Below, piece after piece: positions 1 to 9,550 of a stretch of 64,000 nucleotides of DNA. Source of the DNA: a virus. Taxonomy: Duplodnaviria; Caudoviricetes. The position numbers were made by a program, and so were the translations under genes. A model generated the notes under the pieces. It made no database searches and had not been told where the DNA came from. It worked only from the letters and a program-made list of their open reading frames with translations. Location: the IMG/VR virus record IMGVR_UViG_3300040811_001959; one strand, given 5' to 3'. The number at the start of each line of letters is the position of its first letter. Within the stretch, counting starts at the first letter, position 1.

Positions 1-353
1 TAAGGAAGCATATATCTATGTCCTTTTGTGCCAGAACTTGCAAGCAAAGAACCCATGCTAGCAGCCTGTCCCATTACAATAGTATGCACAGGTGCCTTGA
101 TATAATTCATAGTATCATAAATGCTCATTCCTGCAGTAACACTGCCTCCTGGAGAATTAATGTAAAAATTAATAGGTTTATCTGGATTTTGTGATTCAAG
201 GAAAAGCATTTGTGCAACAATTAAACTAGCACTTGTTTGGTTTACATCAGTGTCTAACATTATAATACGATCTTTTAGCAATCTGCTGTAAATATCATAA
301 GATCGCTCTCCTCTACTTTCTTTTTCGATTACGACTGGTACTAAATTTGGCAT
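1..353 (-). CDS. clpP: ATP-dependent Clp protease proteolytic subunit (runs off window start; absent from ORF track)
   Basis: Manual translation [33 protein letters not shown]...[20 protein letters not shown]...[10 protein letters not shown]; GGAG SD upstream of ATG at 353. Confidence 0.95.
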   Translation of the reverse strand, partial: MPNLVPVVIEKESRGERSYDIYSRLLKDRIIMLDTDVNQTSASLIVAQMLFLESQNPDKPINFYINSPGGSVTAGMSIYDTMNYIKAPVHTIVMGQAASMGSLLASSGTKGHRYMLP

Positions 354-359
354 TTTCTC

Positions 360-1064
360 CTATACATTAAATAGTCTAACATAATTTAATCGTGTTTCAT
401 CTACTTTAAACTTCTTGTTATTTACAAGATCTTTAATCTTACCTTTTACTAAACGAGTTTCTCCTTCTTGGAATTCAAACTTGTTAAAAAATGATAATAG
501 ATTACCTTCAGATTCAACAGTATAACCCCAACGTTCAAAAGAGCTAAACCACTGCTTAGAAAGTATCCTACAAATACCTTCAAAAGTTTCGCCACGAGCA
601 CCAACATGTTTGCTCTCACGGAATTCTTGTTTTACAGTCTTTTTAAGAGCAGATTCTGCTTGTTCACGTTTTACCATTTCTGGTACATAGGCAATGATAC
701 CTAACTCTGAACTAGATACTTCCTCTGCAGTAACAGCAGCAAATAAATCCTGCTGGAATTCATTTAATGTATTGCCAAGTAATCCAAGTGTATACTTATT
801 AAAGTGAGCTCGAGCTTTAGAAGCATTTTCACGATCTTCATCAGTGACGGTAACCTTGTGCATCAGAGCCTCGTCGCCTTTATAATTCCAAAAATGGTCT
901 TTAACAATTTCTTTATTAGCTTTGTTAATTACAATATTCTTGTGATAATCATAACTACCAAACTTAATGTAACCTTTGTTGATGCGATGTGCTGCATAAG
1001 CTACAGCAAGAACTTCTAGTGTGTTAAACATTTTGGTATTTTTAGAAGAAACTTTGTTAAACAT
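360..1064 (-). CDS. Hypothetical phage protein
   Basis: 234-aa ORF with GAGG SD, in-operon spacing. Confidence 0.6.
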   Translation of the reverse strand: MFNKVSSKNTKMFNTLEVLAVAYAAHRINKGYIKFGSYDYHKNIVINKANKEIVKDHFWNYKGDEALMHKVTVTDEDRENASKARAHFNKYTLGLLGNTLNEFQQDLFAAVTAEEVSSSELGIIAYVPEMVKREQAESALKKTVKQEFRESKHVGARGETFEGICRILSKQWFSSFERWGYTVESEGNLLSFFNKFEFQEGETRLVKGKIKDLVNNKKFKVDETRLNYVRLFNV

Positions 1065-1072
1065 AAGCCCTC

Positions 1073-1537
1073 TTAGTGTTGTGTTTTAGTCCATTTCTTA
1101 TAGCACAAATTATGCTTTTGTATGTAACGGATAAACAAACCAGTTTCTCTTCCATGAGCTTCAATTTCCCACGGCAAATCGTAATAGTCAATATTACTGC
1201 TTACCCAAGCACCTTTCCATAGGTGCTTGCCCACACCAGCGTTTTCACGCAATTCGCCACGTGCATACTGCTTGACGTGTACCATTTCGTGGCCTACAGT
1301 TTCAAGCAGTGTACGCAGACGTAAACTGCGATTTAACTCTATATCAAATTCTCGTGGACGGGAGCCTGGTTCGGTAGGTACGCAATAACCACAGCTATCA
1401 TCATCACCAAAATTCTTAATGTGTACATTAAGATACAATGTACGCATCCGAGGAAACAGTTTCTCGTGACAGAAGCGCATCATGCTTTCAACATAAAACT
1501 TCTGTGTTGTACTGCCGCCTGTAATTTCAATGTGCAT
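1073..1537 (-). CDS. Putative Zn metallopeptidase (HExxH)
   Basis: TVGHEMVHVKQY plus downstream PWEIEA glutamate motif. Confidence 0.6.
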   Translation of the reverse strand: MHIEITGGSTTQKFYVESMMRFCHEKLFPRMRTLYLNVHIKNFGDDDSCGYCVPTEPGSRPREFDIELNRSLRLRTLLETVGHEMVHVKQYARGELRENAGVGKHLWKGAWVSSNIDYYDLPWEIEAHGRETGLFIRYIQKHNLCYKKWTKTQH

Positions 1538-1567
1538 AAGCCCTCGCTGTTGTTAACGTATAAGAGT

Positions 1568-1595
1568 ATTATAGCATACTATTCAGATTTGTCAA
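1568..1595 (-). promoter_or_regulatory. Consensus sigma70-type (early) promoter
   Basis: TTGACA-N16-TATAAT with extended -10 TGn, upstream of the ORF starting at 1537. Confidence 0.75.
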
Positions 1596-1788
1596 TAGTT
1601 TTCTTGACTTCTTGGATTATTATAGTACCCTGATCACCTAATAGAATTTTGACTTCTGTACCAGGACCCCATCCTTGCTCTTTCATTATATTATCAGGAA
1701 TCTGCAGTATACTCTGGTTAGGATTATCCGGGTCATTGATTAAAATATCTTCTACATTAAATGTATATGATTTACTCATGTTTTCCAA
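1579..1788 (-). CDS. AbrB/MazE/SpoVT-like small DNA-binding protein
   Basis: ILQIPDNIMKEQGWGPGTEVKILLGDQGTIIIQ resembles the swapped-hairpin signature. Confidence 0.5.
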   Translation of the reverse strand: MENMSKSYTFNVEDILINDPDNPNQSILQIPDNIMKEQGWGPGTEVKILLGDQGTIIIQEVKKTIDKSE

Positions 1789-2414
1789 ATATTAGTAGTT
1801 TCGTTTGTTTCTTTAGTAGGTCCAAAGTTGGTTTCTAATTTTATATTTTGGTATATTAAATCCTGGAGAACTATATCTCCTTTTGCCCTTTCTAAGATAC
1901 CAAATTTTAGATGTTTAATATCAAATGGATGACCAATTTTTAGAATTAATTCTATAAAATCACCTACTTCGTGACTGCTGTACGCTAAAACATATTTAGG
2001 AAGTTGTGTTCTGTCTAATTGAATAGTAGGACGGCTAAGCGATAATAAAGGAGTACCTTGGATTATAGTTTTAACATTATTAGATCCTATATCTTCTCCG
2101 TCAGTTTGCGTTACGCTCACATCACAGCTTGAAAAACTTGCGCCCCATTCCATGTCTATTAAGCTATCATTATCGTTAAGGAAATCAGCGTAAGGAGGTA
2201 AATTGTTTTTAACAGTACTATGGCGAGCATCATTTATATAATCTATAATTGCACTAGGATTTTTTTGTACTTCCCTAGACCAATAATCAAATCCATACTT
2301 ATCTAGCTTATATAAAAAATCATGCCCTCCACGTCCATATACTTTAATCCTATAAAATTTGAACGGAAATTTAATATCATTAATAAATTCTTGTTTTTCT
2401 TCAGAGGTAGCCAT
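1776..2414 (-). CDS. Hypothetical protein
   Basis: 212-aa ORF in operon. Confidence 0.55.
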   Translation of the reverse strand: MATSEEKQEFINDIKFPFKFYRIKVYGRGGHDFLYKLDKYGFDYWSREVQKNPSAIIDYINDARHSTVKNNLPPYADFLNDNDSLIDMEWGASFSSCDVSVTQTDGEDIGSNNVKTIIQGTPLLSLSRPTIQLDRTQLPKYVLAYSSHEVGDFIELILKIGHPFDIKHLKFGILERAKGDIVLQDLIYQNIKLETNFGPTKETNETTNIWKT

Positions 2415-2422
2415 AATATTTC

Positions 2423-2968
2423 CTAAAATTCTAGGTCGGCTGCAATGATAAATCTATCATTATTTGATTGTAGGATTCCTGGCCGGTGATATGTAGTTCC
2501 TGGATAAATTAGCCAGTGTCCAGTTCGCCAATCAAGAAAGAATTTATTATTGCTGTCAACACCATCTGGTGCCATTTCTGTACCAGCTTCTTTTAAATTA
2601 TATACATCATCCGGCAGCTCTAAGTAGTATATACCACTCACAGTCTTAGTTGCAGGATTATGATTGTGATGATGCCAAAGGGTGTCTCTGTCTTCAGGAT
2701 AGTTTAAACTAGTCATGTATGCCCATGACTGGATATTATGTATTTTAACTTCTTTATTAAGGAATGCAAAGCAAGACCAAATAAAACTCATTTTTAAGTT
2801 TATAAAGTCTTGCTGCGAAGTTCCAAATACATTATAATTAGTTTGGTATTTTGGACTGTTAGTCCAAAAGTGACCTGTATTAATAGCTTCTCGGATATTG
2901 CACGTCATCCGATTCCGTGCGTCGTTATCTATTAATGTATTCCAATCGTAGTATTCGGAAGAGAACAT
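2423..2968 (-). CDS. 2OG-Fe(II) oxygenase-like protein
   Basis: WHHHNH...VSGIYY...IYPGTTYHRP...DRFIIAAD, a jelly-roll His/His/Arg pattern. Confidence 0.6.
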   Translation of the reverse strand: MFSSEYYDWNTLIDNDARNRMTCNIREAINTGHFWTNSPKYQTNYNVFGTSQQDFINLKMSFIWSCFAFLNKEVKIHNIQSWAYMTSLNYPEDRDTLWHHHNHNPATKTVSGIYYLELPDDVYNLKEAGTEMAPDGVDSNNKFFLDWRTGHWLIYPGTTYHRPGILQSNNDRFIIAADLEF

Positions 2969-2974
2969 TTTTAA

Positions 2975-3466
2975 TTATTTTTTAAGATATTCAAGCACTG
3001 CTTCTGGAGTAGACTCAGTGTAGGGATCGCTGTCAAGTCCGAGATTGTTCAAACCTTCCTCGACAAACATCTTTTCTACTTTCTTGTTGTTTACAACCAT
3101 AGCATATCGCCAGCTTCGCAAACCAAAGCCTTGTGCAGGTTTATCTACCAGCATGTTCATACCACGTGTAAATACTCCATCTCCGTCTGGTACCATTTCT
3201 ACTTTTTCAACGCCTAGATCTTTCGCCCATGCATTCATTACAAAAGCATCATTCACCGATACACAATATACAGCATCAATTCCTGCTGCTTGAAATTGAT
3301 CATACATTTCTTCGTACTTAGGCAGTTGTTTGCTACTGCAGGTTGGTGTAAAAGCACCTGGCAATGATACAACTACTACCCGCTTACCTTTAAAAAGATC
3401 ATCAGTAGATTTATCATCCCAATCGGGTCCAACACGGAATTTAAAAGTTTTGTTAGGTACAATCAT
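2975..3466 (-). CDS. Peroxiredoxin (Prx5/type II)
   Basis: SLPGAFTPTCS active site, VNDAFVMNAW, GLRSWRYAMVV. Confidence 0.92.
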   Translation of the reverse strand: MIVPNKTFKFRVGPDWDDKSTDDLFKGKRVVVVSLPGAFTPTCSSKQLPKYEEMYDQFQAAGIDAVYCVSVNDAFVMNAWAKDLGVEKVEMVPDGDGVFTRGMNMLVDKPAQGFGLRSWRYAMVVNNKKVEKMFVEEGLNNLGLDSDPYTESTPEAVLEYLKK

Positions 3467-3487
3467 TAGTTTCTCCTTATGTGTGTG

Positions 3488-3733
3488 TTAAAGTGTTTCA
3501 AGATGAGTTTTTAGATCTGACAATCCTCCAATAAACTCGCCTTTTACAAAAAATTGGGGAACGTCTTGAGATTTAGTTACTTTCATCAGAGATCCAAACA
3601 TAGACTTGTCGCATGTGACGGTTGCAAATTTAATGCCTCGTTCACGCATTAATTCTGCTCCTTCTTCACATTTTTCACAAGCCGGAAAGGACTCATGCCG
3701 AAATACAACTGAACCAGTAATATCTAATTGCAT
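3488..3733 (-). CDS. Glutaredoxin
   Basis: CEKC, VPQFFVKGEFIGG. Confidence 0.8.
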   Translation of the reverse strand: MQLDITGSVVFRHESFPACEKCEEGAELMRERGIKFATVTCDKSMFGSLMKVTKSQDVPQFFVKGEFIGGLSDLKTHLETL

Positions 3734-3781
3734 ATTCCTCTTTAGGTTAAAAGTTAATAATAACAGTTTAAAATTAAATTG

Positions 3782-5449
3782 TCAAGCGTTTAAAGGTTCT
3801 TGTGCAGGTTTTTGCATGTTTGGCGCTTGCTGTTGCTGTACTTGTTTTTGCTGTCTCTGTGCCTCAGCAGCGTCTAGTTTTTCAATATCAGCAAGATTTT
3901 TAAGCAGATCACCCATTTCTACTAAATTCCGTACATTTCCGCCCATCATTCTTGTAGTAAAGGTTATTAATCTAGCTTTGCTATCTAAATCATCTACATT
4001 TGATCCAAGTTTTTTTGCCGCCCTATCTTTTAAAAGGACTCCATAAATTTCAATGGACATTGTTCCTTTTGTGTATTTCATTTGTAAATCATACAATGTT
4101 AAGGCTTCGTATAATCTTGTGTCAAAAGCTAATTCCTTGTAAGGAGTAGATTTATTTAAACCAAGGATTACCATAGTTACACCTTGTTCTAGTCGTGTCG
4201 CATGAAGTACAATGTTATTATAGATTTTTTCTACAAGTTGAAATTCTTTCTTTGTATCGTCGTTTGTTAAGACATTATTTTTTAATTCTTGTGCAACAAA
4301 GTCATATAATTTATTAAATGGTCCTTCGCTAAAATTATATTGAGCTGCAGTTTTATCTCTCTCACCTACAGGAGTTCTAAACTGGAATTCTTGTTTAAGA
4401 TGCTCACTCACTTGAATTCCTACAGTTTCATAAAAGAATTGGCAAAGGTTTTCAAAAACTCCTCCGCTTACTTGACCAAATTGTTTAACACCACCTGCTT
4501 TTAAACTCAATAATCTTGTTATGGTTCCGTCATATAAGATTTTTAAATCAACTTTAGTTGTTGTTTGATTTTCTGGGTTAGCGCCATCTGATACAACTTC
4601 TACTAAATTCTGTTTTGGATCTAACATTGCTTTATCAACAGCTACCTGCGCCCGACGACTGGTATTTGCATATTTTACTGCATTAGCAACATGCTCTTGC
4701 ATACCTTTTACTGTTTTCACTGGACAGTCAAACTCTTTTACAAGCAAGAAATCAGCAGGATTAGCCAATGGATCTTTTTCTCTCATCCAGACTTTTAAGC
4801 CTTTAGTGCTGGTTGCATTTAATGTAAGATAAAATGTTACATCGTCGTTTGCAACAGCTTTATCACCATAATTTGCAATCCTTCTTGCTTTTTTATCTTT
4901 GGCCTTACAAACTTCTTTTAGTATGTCGACAACCATAGCAGCATCAATATTCGCACCGCCCTGCTCAAATTTTGCTGTAATAGCTGCACCTAAAACAGCC
5001 TCTGCAATATCGCCTAAATTTGGAGTGAGAGACCCTGTTGCTGCATCTGTTTTGTACATTTGAGATGGAGCCATTTCTTCTCCGTCAACCCAAAAAAATG
5101 TTGAATTTTCTATGTCTTGTGCGCTTACGTTAACAGTATCCGAAGCCCACTTTGCCCATTCTTCTGCAGATAATTCTCCTCCGTCTCCCCAATTTGTAGT
5201 AATCTTATCAACTTTGCCTGCTATTACTGTAGCATTTTTTCCTGATCCTGTTTTCCATAAAAAGGTTTTTTCTTTTGCAATACCATCGGCAACTTTATAT
5301 ACATATTTCCTAGGATCTGGAGTTGTTTTAGAGATTTTTTTATCCCATTCTTTCGGAGCCATTCTGGTCGATGGTAATGTATGCACCTCGCCATCAATTT
5401 CAACTTCTTCTGCTTCAACTAACTCAACTTTAAATTCTCTAAATCGCAT
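3782..5449 (-). CDS. Large phage protein with MRFREF leader and PD-(D/E)XK-like nuclease motif
   Basis: GDIAEAVL...KVDLKILYDG...LLSLKAG pattern; TAAATA late box upstream. Confidence 0.45.
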   Translation of the reverse strand: MRFREFKVELVEAEEVEIDGEVHTLPSTRMAPKEWDKKISKTTPDPRKYVYKVADGIAKEKTFLWKTGSGKNATVIAGKVDKITTNWGDGGELSAEEWAKWASDTVNVSAQDIENSTFFWVDGEEMAPSQMYKTDAATGSLTPNLGDIAEAVLGAAITAKFEQGGANIDAAMVVDILKEVCKAKDKKARRIANYGDKAVANDDVTFYLTLNATSTKGLKVWMREKDPLANPADFLLVKEFDCPVKTVKGMQEHVANAVKYANTSRRAQVAVDKAMLDPKQNLVEVVSDGANPENQTTTKVDLKILYDGTITRLLSLKAGGVKQFGQVSGGVFENLCQFFYETVGIQVSEHLKQEFQFRTPVGERDKTAAQYNFSEGPFNKLYDFVAQELKNNVLTNDDTKKEFQLVEKIYNNIVLHATRLEQGVTMVILGLNKSTPYKELAFDTRLYEALTLYDLQMKYTKGTMSIEIYGVLLKDRAAKKLGSNVDDLDSKARLITFTTRMMGGNVRNLVEMGDLLKNLADIEKLDAAEAQRQQKQVQQQQAPNMQKPAQEPLNA

Positions 5450-5469
5450 TTTAAATTCCTTTTAGATAT

Positions 5470-6162
5470 TTATTCTATATTAGGGAATAACATATCCTTA
5501 CAGAATGTATCAACCATTGCTTCGTCTAATCCTAAACTCTTCATTACTTTAGGTGTGTGTGGATTTTGTTTTTGATGATTACAATAGTGATTTTGTGCAA
5601 CTTTAACACCGTCACCGTCTAAGTAATCGTCGTATTTTCCTACTTCTTCCATATACATGCGGAGGTTAACAACTGCAATGTCAATAATCTGTTGCGCTTC
5701 TTCATCTGTGTTGACATTGCCTGCTGCTAGCATCTTGTCAGTAAAAATACGTTTAGCCCAATCTGGCAACTCTCTCTGCTTGTTAGGTACAAAATCTCTT
5801 ACACTGTCAAAATATAAATTCAGCATAGGATGTATGCGATAAGCACTTGGAGAAAAATCGTGGAATGCACCAGTCATTTTGTTCTTTCCTGCGATAACAT
5901 CAAACCCGTAAATAGGACTGGGATTTGTAAGGATAGGAAATACACAAACATGCATCATCCATAACCCACGTGTATCACGTGCATCAACTACATCAATATG
6001 TGCTCTACGTACAGATTTATTAGCAAAAACACGATTAACCCAACCACTATCAGGCTGATTAAAAGCATCAAGTCCGGGTTCTTCATATTCACTGCAGGTG
6101 TCTTCAAAAATCTTTATAATGTCATTCTGACATGTTATCAGTTTGTTCCAGATAATGCTCAC
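5470..6162 (-). CDS. pcyX: Ferredoxin-dependent bilin reductase, PcyX-like
   Basis: AHIDVV (Asp at the PcyA Glu76-equivalent position), MMHVCVFP His, YGFDVI Asp, GAFHDFSP; overlaps the heme oxygenase gene. Confidence 0.82.
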   Translation of the reverse strand: MSIIWNKLITCQNDIIKIFEDTCSEYEEPGLDAFNQPDSGWVNRVFANKSVRRAHIDVVDARDTRGLWMMHVCVFPILTNPSPIYGFDVIAGKNKMTGAFHDFSPSAYRIHPMLNLYFDSVRDFVPNKQRELPDWAKRIFTDKMLAAGNVNTDEEAQQIIDIAVVNLRMYMEEVGKYDDYLDGDGVKVAQNHYCNHQKQNPHTPKVMKSLGLDEAMVDTFCKDMLFPNIE

Positions 6163-6697
6163 AGTCTAGTTCCATCATTTCTTTAAAAAGTTGGGTTGCA
6201 GAATCAAATGCGTAGCGTGCCTCTTCTGCCATATCGTCATTTAGTTTTTCTCTAATTTTATTTTTTATTGCATCTATATCACCTTTGAAATCAAACATTG
6301 ATTTTAAACCAGGAACTTTCCGTGCAATCATTTGTCCGCCGCTTAAATCCCCCATATGGAAAGTGTAAATATGTGCCATTATCTTGTCAGGGTCGTTCAT
6401 GCAAGTCTTCATATGCTCTATGTAAGCGGTAGTGCTAGGCAACGTTGGCGGAGGAGAAGATTCTTTCCAGAGATAATTAAAATCGTTTAGGATGAGCTTA
6501 TGACGTTGAACATCCGGTATGTCGTTAAACAATGAATGAACCCTGCCCATTGCTTCTAGAAGATCGTATCTTGGATGTAAATTGTAGAGGAATGTTGCAT
6601 AAAATTTAGGATGTATATTACCACTCATCATAATTTTGACAAATTCTTGTCGTTCTGCATTTTTATGATGTTCCCAGGTAAGATCTTTTAAGCTCAT
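6122..6697 (-). CDS. hemO: Heme oxygenase
   Basis: LKDLTWEHHKNAE proximal His helix, AHIYTFHMGDLSGGQMI distal helix. Confidence 0.92.
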   Translation of the reverse strand: MSLKDLTWEHHKNAERQEFVKIMMSGNIHPKFYATFLYNLHPRYDLLEAMGRVHSLFNDIPDVQRHKLILNDFNYLWKESSPPPTLPSTTAYIEHMKTCMNDPDKIMAHIYTFHMGDLSGGQMIARKVPGLKSMFDFKGDIDAIKNKIREKLNDDMAEEARYAFDSATQLFKEMMELDCEHYLEQTDNMSE

Positions 6698-6698
6698 G

Positions 6699-7010
6699 TC
6701 AAGCCCTTTCCATTTGTATTCCTAGTGGAAATCCTTGTTGACGGGCACAAAGGGTCGCTTCTGTAGTTTTTTGTTCTGCAATTTCAAATGTATAGGTACC
6801 AACAACTGCACTGCCTTTTTCATGAACAGTTAACATAATTTGTTCGGCAGTTTCTTTTGAATGTTTAAAAATAATTATCAACAGTTCTGTTACAAAATCC
6901 ATTGGGGTTTGATCGTCATTTAAAAAAATTACACTCCACTTACCAGGTTCTTCGATGCTATGTTTGATTTTTTCGTCAATTATGATTTCTTCAATTGTTT
7001 CTGTAGTCAT
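6699..7010 (-). CDS. clpS: ClpS N-degron adaptor
   Basis: VIFLNDDQTPMDFV...MLTVHEKGSAVVG...AEQK. Confidence 0.92.
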   Translation of the reverse strand: MTTETIEEIIIDEKIKHSIEEPGKWSVIFLNDDQTPMDFVTELLIIIFKHSKETAEQIMLTVHEKGSAVVGTYTFEIAEQKTTEATLCARQQGFPLGIQMERA

Positions 7011-7026
7011 TGTGTTTCCTTGTTGA

Positions 7027-7044
7027 AGGGAGGTCGCCCTCCCT
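7027..7044 (-). terminator. GC-rich hairpin after hsp20 (terminator or processing site)
   Basis: AGGGAGG-GCGA-CCTCCCT, GNRA tetraloop, no clear U-tract. Confidence 0.45.
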
Positions 7045-7055
7045 ATAGTATTTAA

Positions 7056-7517
7056 TTACTCTTCGTTATATTTGATAGTGAAATCTTCTCCTGCAGTAAT
7101 TGCAATCTTTTTAGGCTGCAATGCTTCGGGAATTTCTCTGCGTAAACGAATGTTTAGCATACCTACAGAAAGTCTAGCTTCTATAACTTCAACATAATCT
7201 GCAAGAGCAAATTCTCTCCTAAAGTTCCTAGAGCCAATACCTTTATGGATGTAATTCACTTTGTCTTCGCTTTTAGGCGATGATCCCTCAATACGGAGCA
7301 CATTAGATTCTTTAGTGATTTCTAGATCATCCATAGTAAACCCTGCTACTGCTAAACTGATAACAAATTCATTATCGTCTAGTTTTGCGATATTGTATGG
7401 AGGATAGGAATTACTTTGACTATTAGCAAAAGTTCTTTCTAATTCGTCAAATATTTTATCAAATCCAATTGTAGCTTTGTAATATGAAGGTAAGTCGAGA
7501 GTAGTTAGTCTTGTCAT
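7056..7517 (-). CDS. Small heat shock protein Hsp20 (IbpA-like)
   Basis: YPPYNIAK...ISLAVAGF...YIHKGIGSRNFRREF alpha-crystallin domain. Confidence 0.93.
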   Translation of the reverse strand: MTRLTTLDLPSYYKATIGFDKIFDELERTFANSQSNSYPPYNIAKLDDNEFVISLAVAGFTMDDLEITKESNVLRIEGSSPKSEDKVNYIHKGIGSRNFRREFALADYVEVIEARLSVGMLNIRLRREIPEALQPKKIAITAGEDFTIKYNEE

Positions 7518-7580
7518 TTTTTTCTCCTTTAATAAGCAAGATTAGTAGTGGACCCGACCATCGGCATCCACTGTTATTTA
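7518..7580 (-). promoter_or_regulatory. TAAATA late box plus ROSE-like RNA thermometer leader of hsp20
   Basis: UCUUGCUU-AUUA-AAGGAGA hairpin sequesters the SD with a bulged G; preceded by hairpin AGUGGAUGCC...GGGUCCACU. Confidence 0.7.
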
Positions 7581-7592
7581 CCAAAAACTCAA

Positions 7593-9473
7593 TTAAGCAG
7601 CTTCAGTAACTTCTCCTTCAACAACATTGTCATCATTTGTTTCTGTTGTTGCTTCTGTCTTTTTCTGCTTTGCAGCAAATACTGGAGCAACTGCTTCATG
7701 TAATGCAGTTACTTTTGCAGTCATATCTTCTTTGTCTTCACCTTTAATAGACTCTTGTAGCTCTGTTACAGCAGTTTCAAACTTTGTACGTTCGTCTTCA
7801 GTAAGATCGTCTTTAACTTCGTCAAAGTCTTTCTGATATGTATGGACAGCAGCTTCTGCAGAATTACGTGTATCTACTAGCTCTCTCTGTGCCTTATCCT
7901 TTTCTGCGTTCTCTTCTGCATCCTTAATCATTTTTTCTACTTCTTCGTCGCTCAGACCACTTGAATCCTTAATTGTAATAGCTTGTTCTTTGCCAGTTGC
8001 CTTATCTGTAGCACTTACACTTAGGATACCATTTGCATCAATATCAAATGTTACTTCAATCTGTGGCAATCCTCTCGGTGCAGGTGTAATGCCATCTAAA
8101 TTAAATGTGCCAAGCATCTTATTATCACGTACAAATTCACGTTCTCCTTGTGCTACAACAATAGTTACAGCAGGTTGATTATCTTCTGCTGTTGAAAAAA
8201 TCTGCGACTTTTTACTTGGAATAGTAGTATTCTTTTCAATCAGCTTTGTCATTACTCCACCCATTGTTTCAATACCTAAGCTAAGTGGTGTTACATCTAA
8301 AAGTAGTACATCTGTTGTATCACCTGCAAGCACACTACCTTGGATAGCGGCACCTGCTGCTACAGCTTCGTCTGGGTTGACATCTTTACGTGGAGCTTTT
8401 CCAAAGAATTTTTCTACTGCTGCTTGTACCGCTGGCATACGTGTTTGTCCACCTACAAGGATGATTTCATCAATATCTCCTGCTTGTAGTTTAGCATCTT
8501 TTAGAGCGATTTTGCAAGGGTTAATTGACCTTGTAATCAACTTTTCTACCATTGCTTCGTAATTTGCTCGTGTAAGTTTTACAATGAGGTGCTTAGGACC
8601 GTCAGTTGTTGCAGTAATAAATGGCAAATTAACTTCTGTTTGTGTATTAGTTGAAAGTTCAATCTTTGCTTTCTCTGCAGATTCTTTCAATCTCTGTAGT
8701 GCCATTTTATCTGTGCTGAGATCTACACCATCTGATTTTTTAAATTCTGCAACTAGATAATCTAGGATAGCTTGGTCAAAATCTTCACCGCCTAAAAATG
8801 TATCACCATTTGTGCTAAGTACTTCAAATTGCTTTTCGCCGTCTACATCTGCAATCTCAATAATTGAAATATCAAATGTACCACCACCTAGATCATATAC
8901 AGCAATCTTCATATCTTTCTTGCTGTCTTTATCTACACCATATGCAAGTGCAGCAGCAGTAGGCTCGTTAATAATGCGTAATACTTCTAGTCCGGCGATC
9001 TTACCAGCATCTTTAGTAGCCTGTCGTTGACTGTCGTTAAAGTATGCAGGCACTGTAATTACAGCTTGTGTAACAGTTTCGCCTAAATAGCTTTCGGCAT
9101 ATTCTTTAATTTTTCTAAGAATTTCTGCCGATACCTGCTGTGGAGCAAGGTCTTTTCCATTGGCACGTACCCATGCATCTCCATTTGCAGATGCAACAAC
9201 TTCGTAAGGTAATTTTTTAATGTCTTTTTGTATTTCTTTGTCACTGTGTTTCCTACCTATCAATCTTTTAACAGCAAATAGGGTGTTTTTTGGATTAGTG
9301 ACTGCCTGTCGTTTTGCACTTGTTCCGACTAGGATTTCATCGTCCTTGTATGCCACAATGCTCGGGGTTGTTCTTCCACCGTCTGCGTTTTCGATGATTT
9401 TTTGTTGTTTGTTCTCTAATACGGCAATACAACTATTAGTGGTACCGAGATCAATGCCGATTACTTTTGCCAT
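7593..9473 (-). CDS. dnaK: Chaperone DnaK (Hsp70)
   Basis: [35 protein letters not shown]; full length 626 aa. Confidence 0.99.
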   Translation of the reverse strand: MAKVIGIDLGTTNSCIAVLENKQQKIIENADGGRTTPSIVAYKDDEILVGTSAKRQAVTNPKNTLFAVKRLIGRKHSDKEIQKDIKKLPYEVVASANGDAWVRANGKDLAPQQVSAEILRKIKEYAESYLGETVTQAVITVPAYFNDSQRQATKDAGKIAGLEVLRIINEPTAAALAYGVDKDSKKDMKIAVYDLGGGTFDISIIEIADVDGEKQFEVLSTNGDTFLGGEDFDQAILDYLVAEFKKSDGVDLSTDKMALQRLKESAEKAKIELSTNTQTEVNLPFITATTDGPKHLIVKLTRANYEAMVEKLITRSINPCKIALKDAKLQAGDIDEIILVGGQTRMPAVQAAVEKFFGKAPRKDVNPDEAVAAGAAIQGSVLAGDTTDVLLLDVTPLSLGIETMGGVMTKLIEKNTTIPSKKSQIFSTAEDNQPAVTIVVAQGEREFVRDNKMLGTFNLDGITPAPRGLPQIEVTFDIDANGILSVSATDKATGKEQAITIKDSSGLSDEEVEKMIKDAEENAEKDKAQRELVDTRNSAEAAVHTYQKDFDEVKDDLTEDERTKFETAVTELQESIKGEDKEDMTAKVTALHEAVAPVFAAKQKKTEATTETNDDNVVEGEVTEAA

Positions 9474-9542
9474 TTTTTTCTCCTTAATTAAGCAAGATCT
9501 ATAGCAGACCCACCATTGGCATCTGCTATAAAACTATTTATA
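9474..9542 (-). promoter_or_regulatory. TATAAATA late promoter plus ROSE-like RNA thermometer leader of dnaK
   Basis: UCUUGCUU-AAUU-AAGGAGA SD hairpin with bulged G; preceded by hairpin UAUAGCAGAUGCC...GGGUCUGCUAUA. Confidence 0.7.
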
Positions 9543-9550
9543 AAAAATTT

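Noticed and set aside
5470-6697. Cyanophage origin suggested by heme oxygenase plus bilin reductase
   Set aside because: No photosystem or hli genes in the window; ALA synthase, ROSE-like leaders and the PcyX-type Asp point to an alphaproteobacterial host.
7627-9030. Plus-strand ORFs inside dnaK (and similar ones inside nrdA, prs and fibre genes)
   Set aside because: Antisense shadow frames of highly conserved genes with no independent signals.
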